A stretch of 64,000 nt of DNA from an uncultured Acidimicrobiaceae bacterium (GTDB lineage: Bacteria; Actinomycetota; Acidimicrobiia; Acidimicrobiales; Bog-793): positions 75,269 to 139,268 of the forward strand of contig CAWKGD010000005.1 of the NCBI GenBank assembly GCA_963849105.1. Reading direction: 5' to 3'. This document shows positions 17,974 through 27,098 of this stretch, one piece after another. A program made the translations under genes and the position numbers. Within the stretch, counting starts at the first letter, position 1. Every line of letters starts with the position of its first letter. Below the pieces are notes generated by a model that made no database searches, was not told the origin of the DNA, and worked only from the letters and a program-made list of their open reading frames with translations.

Positions 17974-19143
17974 GTGCCCGAGCGCCTGATAACGACCTTC
18001 CGGGCGCGCTTCGATCGTGACCCGATCGTCGTGCGCGCTCCGGGTCGGGTGAACCTCATCGGCGATCACACCGACTACAACGACGGTTTCGTCCTGCCTG
18101 CCGCCCTGCAATTCACGACCTGGGCCGCCGCCTCTGCTCGGGGCGACCGCTCGGTCACGATCGAATCGCTGACCCACCGTCGGTCGTCAACTTTTGAACT
18201 TGACGATCCGGCGCCACATCCCCGCCGCAACTGGAGCGATTACGTGCGCGGCGTCGCCATCGCGCTTCAACAACGCGGCGTCCCCCTCCTCGGGACGAAT
18301 GTGGTGTTCGACAGCGACATCCCGGTCGGAGCCGGACTGAGTTCCTCGGCGGCCCTCGAAGTGTCCGCGGGACTTGCGCTCGAGGCCGTTGCCAAAGTCG
18401 ACATCGACAAACAGCTCCTGGCTCGAGCCGGCGAATGGTCCGAGAACCACTTTGTCGGTGTGCGCACCGGGATCATGGATCAGTACACCTCCTGCTTCGG
18501 AGTCACCGGAGACGCGCTCTTGCTCGACTGTCGTTCTCGGCAATCGCGAAACGTTGCGCTTCCCCACAACGCGAGGTTCGTCGTCGCGAACACGATGCGG
18601 CGTCACGCCCACGCCGGAGGTGAGTACAACACCCGACGAGAACAGTGTGAGGCCGCGGTCGCGTTCCTCGCCAAGGACGATCCGAAGTTGTCCTCGCTAC
18701 GCGATGTCAGCCTTGAGACCTTGATGGCACGCTCGGGCTCGATGCCGCCGGTACTTTTCAAACGTGCCCACCACGTCGTCTCCGAAAATGCGCGCGTGCT
18801 GGCGGCGGTCTCTGCGCTCGAGGATGCTGATCTCGAGAGTGCAGGCGCGCTGATGAACCTCTCGCACGAGAGCCTGCGCGACGACTACGAGGTCTCAAGT
18901 GAAGAGCTCGATGTAATGGTGCAACTCGCGCGCTCTCTCGACGGCGTCCTCGGCTCCCGCATGACCGGCGGTGGATTCGGGGGGTGCACAATCTCGCTCG
19001 TCGACAAAGAACGAGCAGAGGCGGTTGTCGGGGAACTGACGCGTCGCTACGCGGAACGTATCGGCGTAACGCCGTCGGTGTTCATCATGGAACCGAGCGA
19101 CGGCGCGACCGTGCTCTCTTCGGACGGGATCGAATCGCGATGA
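17974..19143 (+). CDS. galK: Galactokinase
   Basis: VRAPGRVNLIGDHTDYNDGFVLPAAL...GAGLSSSAALEV...GIMDQ...GSRMTGGGFGGC. Start uncertain: in-frame GTG 17974 was chosen, and the longest ORF starts at 17863. Confidence 0.9.
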   Translation: MPERLITTFRARFDRDPIVVRAPGRVNLIGDHTDYNDGFVLPAALQFTTWAAASARGDRSVTIESLTHRRSSTFELDDPAPHPRRNWSDYVRGVAIALQQRGVPLLGTNVVFDSDIPVGAGLSSSAALEVSAGLALEAVAKVDIDKQLLARAGEWSENHFVGVRTGIMDQYTSCFGVTGDALLLDCRSRQSRNVALPHNARFVVANTMRRHAHAGGEYNTRREQCEAAVAFLAKDDPKLSSLRDVSLETLMARSGSMPPVLFKRAHHVVSENARVLAAVSALEDADLESAGALMNLSHESLRDDYEVSSEELDVMVQLARSLDGVLGSRMTGGGFGGCTISLVDKERAEAVVGELTRRYAERIGVTPSVFIMEPSDGATVLSSDGIESR

Positions 19144-20120
19144 ACGTGCTCGTCGTCGGGGGCGCGGGGTACATAGGCAGCGCGACCTGCGCTGCGCTCA
19201 TCGCGGCCGGTCACGCCGTCACCGTCCTCGACGATCTCTCGACCGGCCACCGTCGAGCCGTTCCCGAACCCGCCAAACTCGTCGTCGGTTCGAGCGCGGA
19301 CGTCGACATCCTTGAAACGCTGTTTTCATCGGGCCGCTTCGACGTTGTCATGGACTTCGCCGCGCTGATCGAGGCCGGTGAGTCGATGGTCGTGCCGGAG
19401 CGGTACTTCCGCAACAACGTCGCGAACGCGCTCTCGGTCGTGGAGGCAATGCTTCGCTACGACGTCGGACGCTTCGTCTTTTCGTCGAGTGCTGCGGTCT
19501 ACGGTGCCCGCCGCGCCCCGATCAGCGAGGGCGCGCCACTCGCTCCATCGAATCCGTACGGGGAGTCAAAGCTCGCCTTCGAAAACATGTTGCGCTGGAT
19601 CCACGAAGCGCACGGAATGCGCTTCGGCGCGCTCCGCTACTTCAACGCGGCGGGAGCGACCTCCCCCGACGTCGGCGAGGATCACCGACCCGAGTCGCAC
19701 CTCATTCCTCTGGTGCTCCAGTGCGCGCTCGGGACGATCCCGGAGGTCGCGATCTACGGGACCGATTACGAGACTCCTGACGGGACGTGTATCCGCGACT
19801 ACGTGCACGTGGCTGACCTCGCCGCGGCGCACGTGCTCACCCTTCAGGCGCTCGACGAGCGCGAGACGATGACGTACAACCTCGGCAACGGCACGGGATT
19901 CTCGGTGCGCGAGGTCATCGAGACGGCCCAAATCGTCACCGGAGCTCCGATCCCTGTCTCGGAGCAACCGCGACGACATGGCGACCCCGATGTCCTGGTC
20001 GCGAGCGCGCAGGCGATACGCGACGAACTCGGCTGGCAGCCGCGACACGTCGACCTCGAAACGATCGTCGACAGCGCTTGGCGTTGGCACGCCACTCACC
20101 CGCAGGGCTTCGAGAGCTGA
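19140..20120 (+). CDS. galE: UDP-glucose 4-epimerase
   Basis: MNVLVVGGAGYIGSATCAAL...FSSSAAVYG...PYGESKLAFE. The ATG overlaps the galK stop (ATGA). Confidence 0.92.
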   Translation: MNVLVVGGAGYIGSATCAALIAAGHAVTVLDDLSTGHRRAVPEPAKLVVGSSADVDILETLFSSGRFDVVMDFAALIEAGESMVVPERYFRNNVANALSVVEAMLRYDVGRFVFSSSAAVYGARRAPISEGAPLAPSNPYGESKLAFENMLRWIHEAHGMRFGALRYFNAAGATSPDVGEDHRPESHLIPLVLQCALGTIPEVAIYGTDYETPDGTCIRDYVHVADLAAAHVLTLQALDERETMTYNLGNGTGFSVREVIETAQIVTGAPIPVSEQPRRHGDPDVLVASAQAIRDELGWQPRHVDLETIVDSAWRWHATHPQGFES

Positions 20121-20124
20121 TCCC

Positions 20125-21171
20125 GTGAGCTTCCTTGAAAGTACCTCTCACCGCCGCCTCAACCCGCTCACCGGCGACTGGATCCTCGTCTCGCCTCACC
20201 GCGCCGACCGGCCGTGGCTGGGCCAGGTCGAACGCCCCCGACACGAGGCGATCCCGTCGTACGACCCGGAGTGTTACCTCTGCCCCGGAAACGAACGCGC
20301 GGGCGGCGCGCGCAATCCCCAGTACCAAGGGACGTTCGCGTTCGACAACGACTTCCCCGCCCTGTTGGCCGACGCGGCGGGCGATGCGGTCGATGTCGAC
20401 GGTCTGTTCGTCGCGCGGCCCGAGGCGGGGGCATGCCGGGTGTTGTGCTTCACGCCGGCGCACGATCGCGCGCTTTCACGACTCGGCACCGACGAGATCG
20501 TCGCCGTCATACGGGCGTGGCAGCGGGAATTTGCCGAGCTCGGCGGTCGCGAGCCGATCAACACCGTCCAGATCTTCGAAAACCGCGGAGAAATGATGGG
20601 GGCGAGCAATCCCCATCCGCACGGCCAGATCTGGGCGACCGCGTCCGTGCCAACCGAGCTCACGAAGGAAAACGTGACCTTCGAGCACGCGTCGAGTCTC
20701 GATGACTGCGTGCTCTGCCGATACATCGCACTCGAGATCGAGCGCGGGGCGCGGGTCGTGTTTGCGAACGACCACTTCGTCGTCGTCGTCCCCTTCTGGG
20801 CGATCTGGCCGTATGAAGTGCTCGTCGCGCCGGTCCGGCATTCGAGCGGCATCGACCTGCTCGGTGAGGAAGAGGTGCGCTCGCTCGCCGAAACGCTGAG
20901 CGGCGTCACCATCCGCTACGACAACGTCTTCGAAAGCCCGTTTCCCTATTCGATGGGGGTCCACCAGCGGCCGACCGACGGAGCGCGGCACGAGCGGTTC
21001 CACTTTCACTTCCACTTCTATCCGCCGCTTCTGCGTTCGGCAACCGTGCGGAAGTTCATGGTGGGTTTCGAACTGTTCGGTGAACCACAGCGCGACATCA
21101 CGCCGGAGGCGGCTGCCGACCGACTTCGAAATGTCGCAACGCGGCATTACCTCGACGAACACGCGCATTAA
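20125..21171 (+). CDS. galT: Galactose-1-phosphate uridylyltransferase (HIT superfamily)
   Basis: RRLNPLTGDWILVSPHRADRPW...CYLCPGNERAGG...FDNDFPAL...NPHPHGQIWA (HxHxQ). GTG start 4 nt after the galE stop. Confidence 0.9.
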   Translation: MSFLESTSHRRLNPLTGDWILVSPHRADRPWLGQVERPRHEAIPSYDPECYLCPGNERAGGARNPQYQGTFAFDNDFPALLADAAGDAVDVDGLFVARPEAGACRVLCFTPAHDRALSRLGTDEIVAVIRAWQREFAELGGREPINTVQIFENRGEMMGASNPHPHGQIWATASVPTELTKENVTFEHASSLDDCVLCRYIALEIERGARVVFANDHFVVVVPFWAIWPYEVLVAPVRHSSGIDLLGEEEVRSLAETLSGVTIRYDNVFESPFPYSMGVHQRPTDGARHERFHFHFHFYPPLLRSATVRKFMVGFELFGEPQRDITPEAAADRLRNVATRHYLDEHAH

Positions 21172-21221
21172 CCCGGCGCGCATCGTCAAATGACGCCTGG
21201 ACAACGGGTTACCCTTCCGCG

Positions 21222-22253
21222 ATGCGCCTCGGGGTGCTCACAGGGGGCGGGGACTGCCCCGGACTGAACGCCGCGATTCGCGCCGTCGTCCGCCGAGCAA
21301 ATGTCGCGCACGGAGACGACGTCGTCGGCTTCCGCGACGGCTGGCGCGGAGTCGTTGAGGACGACGCGATGCCCTTGGACGTCGAGGCCTGCCGGGGAAT
21401 CCTGCCCCGGGGCGGCACCCTCATCGGCACTTCACGCTTCAACCCGTGCCGGATTGCGGGTGACCCGGAGCGCGCGCTCGAAACGATCGAGCGCCGTGGG
21501 ATCGACGCCCTTGTCGCGATCGGCGGGGAGGGCACGCTCGGGGGCGCCCGTGACCTCGCCGCGATCGGCGCGCCGATTGTCGCTGTGCCGAAGACGATCG
21601 ACAACGACTTGGGCGGCACCGACGTCACGATCGGCTTCCATACGGCGGTCCAGATCGCGACCGACGCGATCGACCGCCTGCACACGACGGCCGAGTCGCA
21701 CGACCGGGTGATCGTCTGCGAGGTGATGGGGCGCAACGCCGGGTGGATCGCCGTCTACGCCGGCCTGGCGGGCGGGGCCGCCGTCGTACTGGCGCCCGAG
21801 GAGCCCTTCGACATCACGGCCGTGTGCGACCACCTGAAGCGCCGTCACGCCAAGGGCCGCTTCGCATCCGTGGTCGTCGTCGCCGAGGGCGCGAAGCCCG
21901 TCGAAGGAACGATTCACCTCCCCCCGCCGGAGATCGACGCCTTCGATCACGAACGTCTGGGTGGTATCAGCGCGGTGGTCGCCGCGGAGATCGAGAGCCG
22001 CATCGGGCTCGAATCCCGCATGACGATCCTCGGACACATTCAACGCGGCGGCACGCCGACCGCCTTCGACCGCGTCCTTGCCACCCGCCTCGGCGTCGCC
22101 GCCGTCGATCGCGTCCACGACAGGGCCTACGGCAGGATGGTTGGCCTCCACGGCCAAACGATCCGCTCGGTGACGCTTGGCGAGGCACTCGCTGTCCCAA
22201 AGCGTGTGCCGCGCGACCTCCTTGATCGGGTCGCCGCCATCTTCACCGAGTAA
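21222..22253 (+). CDS. pfkA: 6-phosphofructokinase (ATP- or PPi-dependent, actinobacterial PfkA type)
   Basis: MRLGVLTGGGDCPGLNAAIRAVV...LVAIGGEGTLGGA...VPKTIDNDL...MGRNAGWIA...LGHIQRGG. Confidence 0.9.
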   Translation: MRLGVLTGGGDCPGLNAAIRAVVRRANVAHGDDVVGFRDGWRGVVEDDAMPLDVEACRGILPRGGTLIGTSRFNPCRIAGDPERALETIERRGIDALVAIGGEGTLGGARDLAAIGAPIVAVPKTIDNDLGGTDVTIGFHTAVQIATDAIDRLHTTAESHDRVIVCEVMGRNAGWIAVYAGLAGGAAVVLAPEEPFDITAVCDHLKRRHAKGRFASVVVVAEGAKPVEGTIHLPPPEIDAFDHERLGGISAVVAAEIESRIGLESRMTILGHIQRGGTPTAFDRVLATRLGVAAVDRVHDRAYGRMVGLHGQTIRSVTLGEALAVPKRVPRDLLDRVAAIFTE

Positions 22254-22261
22254 TCGGCCAC

Positions 22262-22684
22262 TTGCCCGTCGTGCTCGCACAGCTCGCCAACGCGACGACC
22301 GCCGTTCGCCTCTCGCTCCACGTCTTTGCTGCCGCGGTGTGGGTCGGTGGCCAACTCACCGTTGCGGGTCTGCTGCCGACGGTCCGACGCCTCGGCGAGG
22401 ACGCTCCGAAAAAACTGGCGCGGGCATTCGCGCGCATCGAGTGGCCGATGTTCGCGCTGCTCATCGCGACCGGGATCTGGAACGCCGTCGCCGAGAACCC
22501 CTCGAAGCAGAACTCCGCCTGGAACGCGGTGCTCGGCGCGAAGATCGCCGTCGTCGTCATCGCCGGCCTCGCCGCCTACTGGCACGGTCGGGCGCGCACA
22601 AGGGCCGGCCTCGCTGCATTCGGTGGGATCGCCGGGCTGGCCTCCCTGGCCGCCCTCGTCCTCGGGGTGCTGCTCGCCGGCTGA
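22262..22684 (+). CDS. Integral membrane protein of unknown function (4 predicted hydrophobic helices)
   Basis: 140 aa with hydrophobic spans (LSLHVFAAAVWVGGQLTVAGLL, WPMFALLIATGIWNAV, KIAVVVIAGLAAYW, GIAGLASLAALVLGVLLAG). Confidence 0.55.
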   Translation: MPVVLAQLANATTAVRLSLHVFAAAVWVGGQLTVAGLLPTVRRLGEDAPKKLARAFARIEWPMFALLIATGIWNAVAENPSKQNSAWNAVLGAKIAVVVIAGLAAYWHGRARTRAGLAAFGGIAGLASLAALVLGVLLAG

Positions 22685-22692
22685 AAGGCGAC

Positions 22693-23646
22693 TTATTCGG
22701 CGGGGATCTGCCCCATTCGGCCGCGTCGGAAGTCGTCGAAGGCTTGGCGGATCTCCTCTTCGGTGTTCATCACGAACGGCCCGTACCACGCGACCGGCTC
22801 ACGGATCGGCGCGCCGCCCAACACGAGCAAGTCGAGCTTCGGGCTGCGCGACTCCTGCGCCGCGTCTGCCCGCACCTCAAGGAAATCGCCCGGTCCGAAG
22901 ACCGCGAGCTGGCCCATTTCGATCGGTCGTCCGCCACTGGAGACGCTGCCAGAACCCGACAAGACATAGACAAGCGCGTTGAACTCCCGCGGCCAAGGAA
23001 CACGCAGCTGCGCACCCGGTTCCAGCGTCGCGTGCACGAACGCGATCGGGGTATGCGTCTGACCCGGCCCGGCGTTGCCGTCAAGTTCGCCTGCGACAAC
23101 GCGGACGAGCGCGCCGGCGTCGGGCGAGGTGACCAATGCGACGTTGCCGCCACGGATGTCCTGGTACTTCGGCACGATCCACTTGTCCGTTGCAGGCAGG
23201 TTCACCCACAGTTGGACGCCATGGAACAAACCGCCCGAAGCGACGAGTTCTTCAGGGGGCGCCTCGATGTGCAAGATGCCGCTGCCGGCGGTCATCCATT
23301 GGGTATCGCCGTTCGTGATCAACCCACCGCCACCGTGCGAGTCGCGGTGACGGAACGTCCCGTCGATCATGTAGGTGACGGTTTCAAATCCGCGATGCGG
23401 GTGCCACGGCGTTCCCTTCGCTTCGCCCGGCGCGTACTCGACCTCTCCCATCTGGTCCATATGGACGAAGGGGTCGAGATCGGCACTCGAAACGCCGGCG
23501 AAGGCGCGTCGCACCGGGAATCCTTCGCCCTCGAAGCCGCTCGGAGCGGTGGTGACGGAACGGACAGCGCGCTCGGCCGACGTCGCGACGTCGACCTCCG
23601 ACAGTCGCGGCAGAACAAGCAGGTCCTCGACGGTGACCGCTGGCAT
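22693..23646 (-). CDS. Pirin family protein (bicupin)
   Basis: MPAVTVEDL...GFPVRRAF...DPFVHMDQMG...WHPHRGFETVTYMIDG...HRDSHGGGG...QWMTAGSGILHIE...GVQLWVNLP. GAAGGAGA lies 4 nt before ATG 23646. The remainder of the 547-aa track ORF was rejected. Confidence 0.9.
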   Translation of the reverse strand: MPAVTVEDLLVLPRLSEVDVATSAERAVRSVTTAPSGFEGEGFPVRRAFAGVSSADLDPFVHMDQMGEVEYAPGEAKGTPWHPHRGFETVTYMIDGTFRHRDSHGGGGLITNGDTQWMTAGSGILHIEAPPEELVASGGLFHGVQLWVNLPATDKWIVPKYQDIRGGNVALVTSPDAGALVRVVAGELDGNAGPGQTHTPIAFVHATLEPGAQLRVPWPREFNALVYVLSGSGSVSSGGRPIEMGQLAVFGPGDFLEVRADAAQESRSPKLDLLVLGGAPIREPVAWYGPFVMNTEEEIRQAFDDFRRGRMGQIPAE

Positions 23647-23831
23647 GGCGTCTCCTTCTGCGCTTCCCCTGGTTCCCGATTCTCGCCGTGAGAAGCGCTC
23701 GCGCCTAGCAACGCCTGCAGGGTTGCGGTTCTTCCCGAACATTGCCGAGCGGGAGGTTGAACGGGAAGCCCTCGCCCGAGGATTGCCGCTACCGCCGTGG
23801 AAGCGGTTTCCGCGGCGCGCCCGGGGAGCGA

Positions 23832-24599
23832 ATGGGAATAACCGAGCCGTCACAGCGGCCACCGACACCGAGTCAGACGGGGCCCGGTCGGCCGGCGGAC
23901 ACCGCTCGGAGTCACCGGCGCGGCGCGCGGCGACCGCGGCGCGAGCTCGTGACGTGGGTCGCCCTCGGACTGCTCGTCGCAGTCGCGCTGGCGATCGTCT
24001 CGCGGACCACGGCGGCGACCCCGCGAGATTCGCGACGCGCCGACGACACGAGGCAGTCGCTTCACCACTCGTACGACGTCGAATCGACGCGCGACGCGGC
24101 GGCGCGAAACCGCGCGCCGAGGACCGCGGCGGCGCAAAGGCATCTTCACGACTCGAATTCGGGGACGACAGACCCGCCGGCATCGATCTCGCCGACGACG
24201 ACGACATCACCCGCCGCGACAACGACAACGACAACGACAACGACAATCGAGCCGCCCCGCACGACAACCCCAACCAAGTCCTCGTCGACACGGCAAACGG
24301 CGCCCGACCTCCTCCAGTACTCGGGAGCGCTGACATATCCCGAGGACGTCGCGACGTCGATTCCCTTCTCGTCGGCTGACGGCATCGCCGCGGCGCGGGT
24401 CACATGGTCAGGCGGCGCCGAGCTCGTCGCGTCCCTGCGCTGTCGCGGCGCCCACGACTCCGCGCCCGGGACACACGGCATCTCGATCTCAATCGACGGA
24501 TGGCCAGGAGCTTGCGTCGTCGCTGTCGCGCTCGCGCCGGGGGTTCATGCGAAGGTCGCGTACGCGATCACGGTCCTCTCCCCCACCGCGAGTGGCTAA
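23832..24599 (+). CDS. Membrane-anchored hypothetical protein with a Thr/Pro-rich linker
   Basis: It has one TM helix (LVTWVALGLLVAVALAIV), a linker ...TTTSPAATTTTTTTTTIEPPRTTTPTKSSS, and a ~90-aa C-terminal domain. Start uncertain (23742 or 23832). Confidence 0.55.
   Translation: MGITEPSQRPPTPSQTGPGRPADTARSHRRGARRPRRELVTWVALGLLVAVALAIVSRTTAATPRDSRRADDTRQSLHHSYDVESTRDAAARNRAPRTAAAQRHLHDSNSGTTDPPASISPTTTTSPAATTTTTTTTTIEPPRTTTPTKSSSTRQTAPDLLQYSGALTYPEDVATSIPFSSADGIAAARVTWSGGAELVASLRCRGAHDSAPGTHGISISIDGWPGACVVAVALAPGVHAKVAYAITVLSPTASG
24218..24246 (+). repeat. Hexanucleotide tandem repeat (GACAAC)x4.8 encoding the poly-Thr run
   Basis: gacaacgacaacgacaacgacaacgacaa is read directly. In the gene frame it is ACA ACG repeated. 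Confidence 0.85.
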
Positions 24600-24601
24600 G
24601 C

Positions 24602-27025
24602 GTGGCGAAGAGCACCGGACATCGCCGTTCGACGATCACCGAGGGGGTCACTGCTCTCGCGAAGAGCCTGATCCTCCTTGTCGGCGTCCCGCTCGCTCTC
24701 GCGCGACTCTGGTTGGTCTCGCCGCTCCCGGCGCATCTGCTCAGCACGTCCGGGATCAGTTCGCTTGCGGCGTGGTCTCACGCCGCGATCGTTTTCGTCG
24801 GCCTCGTCTGGGGGTTCGCGAGCGTCAGCCTCCTGCGCGAGATCACCGGCGCGCTGAGGAACGGCGAGATGCCGGGGTCGAACTGGTCGACACGCTGGGC
24901 GATTGCAATCGCCGCGCTCGTCGTCACCGCGACCGCGTCTCCTGCATTCCTTCCCGGCTCGCGCGTCGTGAACGCGCGCCCGGTGGCAGCAGCTCCGGCG
25001 CGTCCCGCCTCATGGACGCCTCGCGATCACGTCCGCGCGGTCGCGGGCGAATGTCTTCCCGAACTCGCCGAACGGGTCAGCGGGTGCGCGGACGACTGGC
25101 CGGAGATCGCGGCGTTGAACTTCGGCGCGTTGCAGCCGGACGGCGCAAGGATGCTCGACCCGGCGCGCCTACGCGGTGGGTGGCGGCTCAGGGTCTCTTC
25201 GCACGCGCGCCGTCGACCCGGATCATCGACGCGTGCTCCATCAGACGGGGCGGCGCGTCTTTCGGAACTTGCGCTCATCGGACTCGGGGTCGTGACCGTC
25301 TGCGCGCTCGCTCGGCGTGTCCGCATCCTGCGGCGACGCGGCAATGCCACCCGCAGTGGCGGTGAACACCTCCTGCCGCCGCCGTCGCGCATCGCATCGA
25401 TCGGCGCGGCGATCGAACCGTACGCGACCGCACCGATCCTCGACTGGATCGACGTCGCGAATCGCCTCCTCTCTCGCTCGGCCGAAGGTGGCGAGGACGC
25501 ATTCGATGTTCGCCTCGTGCGCGCCGGACCGGAGGGCGTCGAGTTCCTCCTCGGACAGCCCCGAGTCGACGTCCCTTGGCCGTTCCGGGCCGAACACGAT
25601 GGGCGTTGGTGGCGGCTGGACGCGCAGGTCGACCTCGAAACGCTGACCGAATCCGCCGATGGCCTGCCTTGGCGATACCCGGCGCTCGTTCCGGTGGGCG
25701 ACGACGAGTGTTCGTCGTATCTCGTCCCGCTGCAGCCCGGACGACGACTCGGCATCACCGGCGATCCCGAGCTCGTCGACGCGGCACTTCGCGCCATCGT
25801 GACCGGTCTTCGCGTCGTGCCGTGGGCTGAGCACTGCGCGGTCGAACTCATCGGTCTTGACGCGCCGTCAGCTGCCGAGCAGTGCTACCAGTTCCAGTCG
25901 GGAGGACATGGAGCGCTCACAGCCTTCGCGGACAGCGCCGCCCCGCACGCTCGCGTGCCACGCACCGACGTTTCGCCGAGACAGCCCGTCATCGTCATCG
26001 CGCGTGACGCGTTGCGAGAAGTGGACGAGGAGGTCCTCGAGAGAGCCTCGAAGCTCGCGGGCGTCATCATCGCCGGCCGGGACGGCAGCGAGGTCATTCA
26101 TGTCGACGAGCAAGGCGCCGTTCTCCATCCGTTCGCCGTGGCGCTTACCGGCATCATCCCGAGCGAGGACCAGACAGCTCTTGTCGACTCGCTCCTCAAA
26201 GCGGCGTCACGGCCTGCCGCAATCGTTCCGATCCCCGATCGACGCATTCTCGAAGGTGATCTCGGGTCGATCCCCGCCATCGGTGTCGTCGAGTGCCGAG
26301 TGCTGCGCGCCCAGCCGGACGTCATCGGTCTTGCGCAGCGCCCCTACCGTGGCGACGCCGATCGTGTCGTCGAATGCCTCGCGTACGTCGCCCTGCACGG
26401 AGGGCGGGTCGACGTTGATGCGATCGCCTCGGCCCTGTTCGCCCGTTCGGCGGAAGGCCTGCGCCGCGATCGAACCGAGAACACGCTCTCGGCGTTGCGC
26501 GCCAGTCTCGGAGAGACCTCGACGGGCCGTCCGCTCCTCTTCCGCCAAGGCGATGAGGTGTGCATCAGCGACGAGGTGAGCTGCGACTGGCTGCGCGCCG
26601 AGCGAGCGATTGCCGCCGCGGGACGGGTGGAACCCGGCCGCGCGATCGAGCTTTTGCGCTCGGCTCTCGAACTCGCCGCCGGACCGCCGTGCGATTCAGT
26701 GCTCGCCGGTTTCGGATGGCTCCGATCCGAAACCATTGCCGGCCGAATCGAAGCAACGCTCGTCGACGGCGCGCACCGGCTGTGCACGCTCGCGCTCGCG
26801 GCGAACGACACCGCGCTCGCGCGTTGGGCGGTCGAAGTCGGCGCTATTTGCGTACCCGAGTCGGAGATCCTCGCCCGCGACCTGATGGCCGTCTGCGACG
26901 CCGAGGGCGACCGGGGGGGCGTGCGCTCCGCGTTCGCCGAGTTGGAAGCGGCGCTCGAACGCCTCGGTCACAACGAGCCATCGGCGGAGACCCGGGCCTT
27001 TCTCGAGGCGCTCGAGGGTGACTGA
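24602..27025 (+). CDS. Large membrane protein with a LysM-like segment and a C-terminal winged-helix/BTAD-like regulator domain
   Basis: N-terminal TM helices (LILLVGVPLALARLWLV, AAIVFVGLVWGFASV, WAIAIAALVVTATA) and WPEIAALNFG. The C-terminus reads VECLAYVALHGGRVDVDAIASALF...LSALRASLG...CDWLRAERAI...LLRSALELAAGPP...AFAELEAALERLGHNEP (SARP/BTAD-like). GTG 24602 lies 3 nt after the upstream stop. Confidence 0.65.
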   Translation: MAKSTGHRRSTITEGVTALAKSLILLVGVPLALARLWLVSPLPAHLLSTSGISSLAAWSHAAIVFVGLVWGFASVSLLREITGALRNGEMPGSNWSTRWAIAIAALVVTATASPAFLPGSRVVNARPVAAAPARPASWTPRDHVRAVAGECLPELAERVSGCADDWPEIAALNFGALQPDGARMLDPARLRGGWRLRVSSHARRRPGSSTRAPSDGAARLSELALIGLGVVTVCALARRVRILRRRGNATRSGGEHLLPPPSRIASIGAAIEPYATAPILDWIDVANRLLSRSAEGGEDAFDVRLVRAGPEGVEFLLGQPRVDVPWPFRAEHDGRWWRLDAQVDLETLTESADGLPWRYPALVPVGDDECSSYLVPLQPGRRLGITGDPELVDAALRAIVTGLRVVPWAEHCAVELIGLDAPSAAEQCYQFQSGGHGALTAFADSAAPHARVPRTDVSPRQPVIVIARDALREVDEEVLERASKLAGVIIAGRDGSEVIHVDEQGAVLHPFAVALTGIIPSEDQTALVDSLLKAASRPAAIVPIPDRRILEGDLGSIPAIGVVECRVLRAQPDVIGLAQRPYRGDADRVVECLAYVALHGGRVDVDAIASALFARSAEGLRRDRTENTLSALRASLGETSTGRPLLFRQGDEVCISDEVSCDWLRAERAIAAAGRVEPGRAIELLRSALELAAGPPCDSVLAGFGWLRSETIAGRIEATLVDGAHRLCTLALAANDTALARWAVEVGAICVPESEILARDLMAVCDAEGDRGGVRSAFAELEAALERLGHNEPSAETRAFLEALEGD

Positions 27026-27098
27026 TCGGTCCGAGTTGTCGGCCGCGCGGGATCCTGGCACGCTTCCCGTGCTCATAGGCATGTGCTAGGAGGAGGGC

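Noticed and set aside
22177-23691. 504-aa plus-strand ORF, and the N-terminal 230 residues of the 547-aa minus-strand ORF 22693-24336
   Set aside because: The first is antisense to the pirin gene. The second extends upstream of pirin's well-supported RBS and ATG at 23646. Both are Arg-rich nonsense with no motifs.
24404-24601. Upstream extension of the BTAD/LysM protein ORF
   Set aside because: It overlaps the preceding Thr-rich gene in another frame and has an Arg-rich composition. GTG 24602 directly follows the upstream stop.
27056-27075. TGGCAC-N5 motif upstream of ald, resembling a sigma-54 -24 element
   Set aside because: The -12 element (TTGC) is absent, since the sequence continues CCGTGC. 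Actinobacteria are generally considered to lack RpoN.
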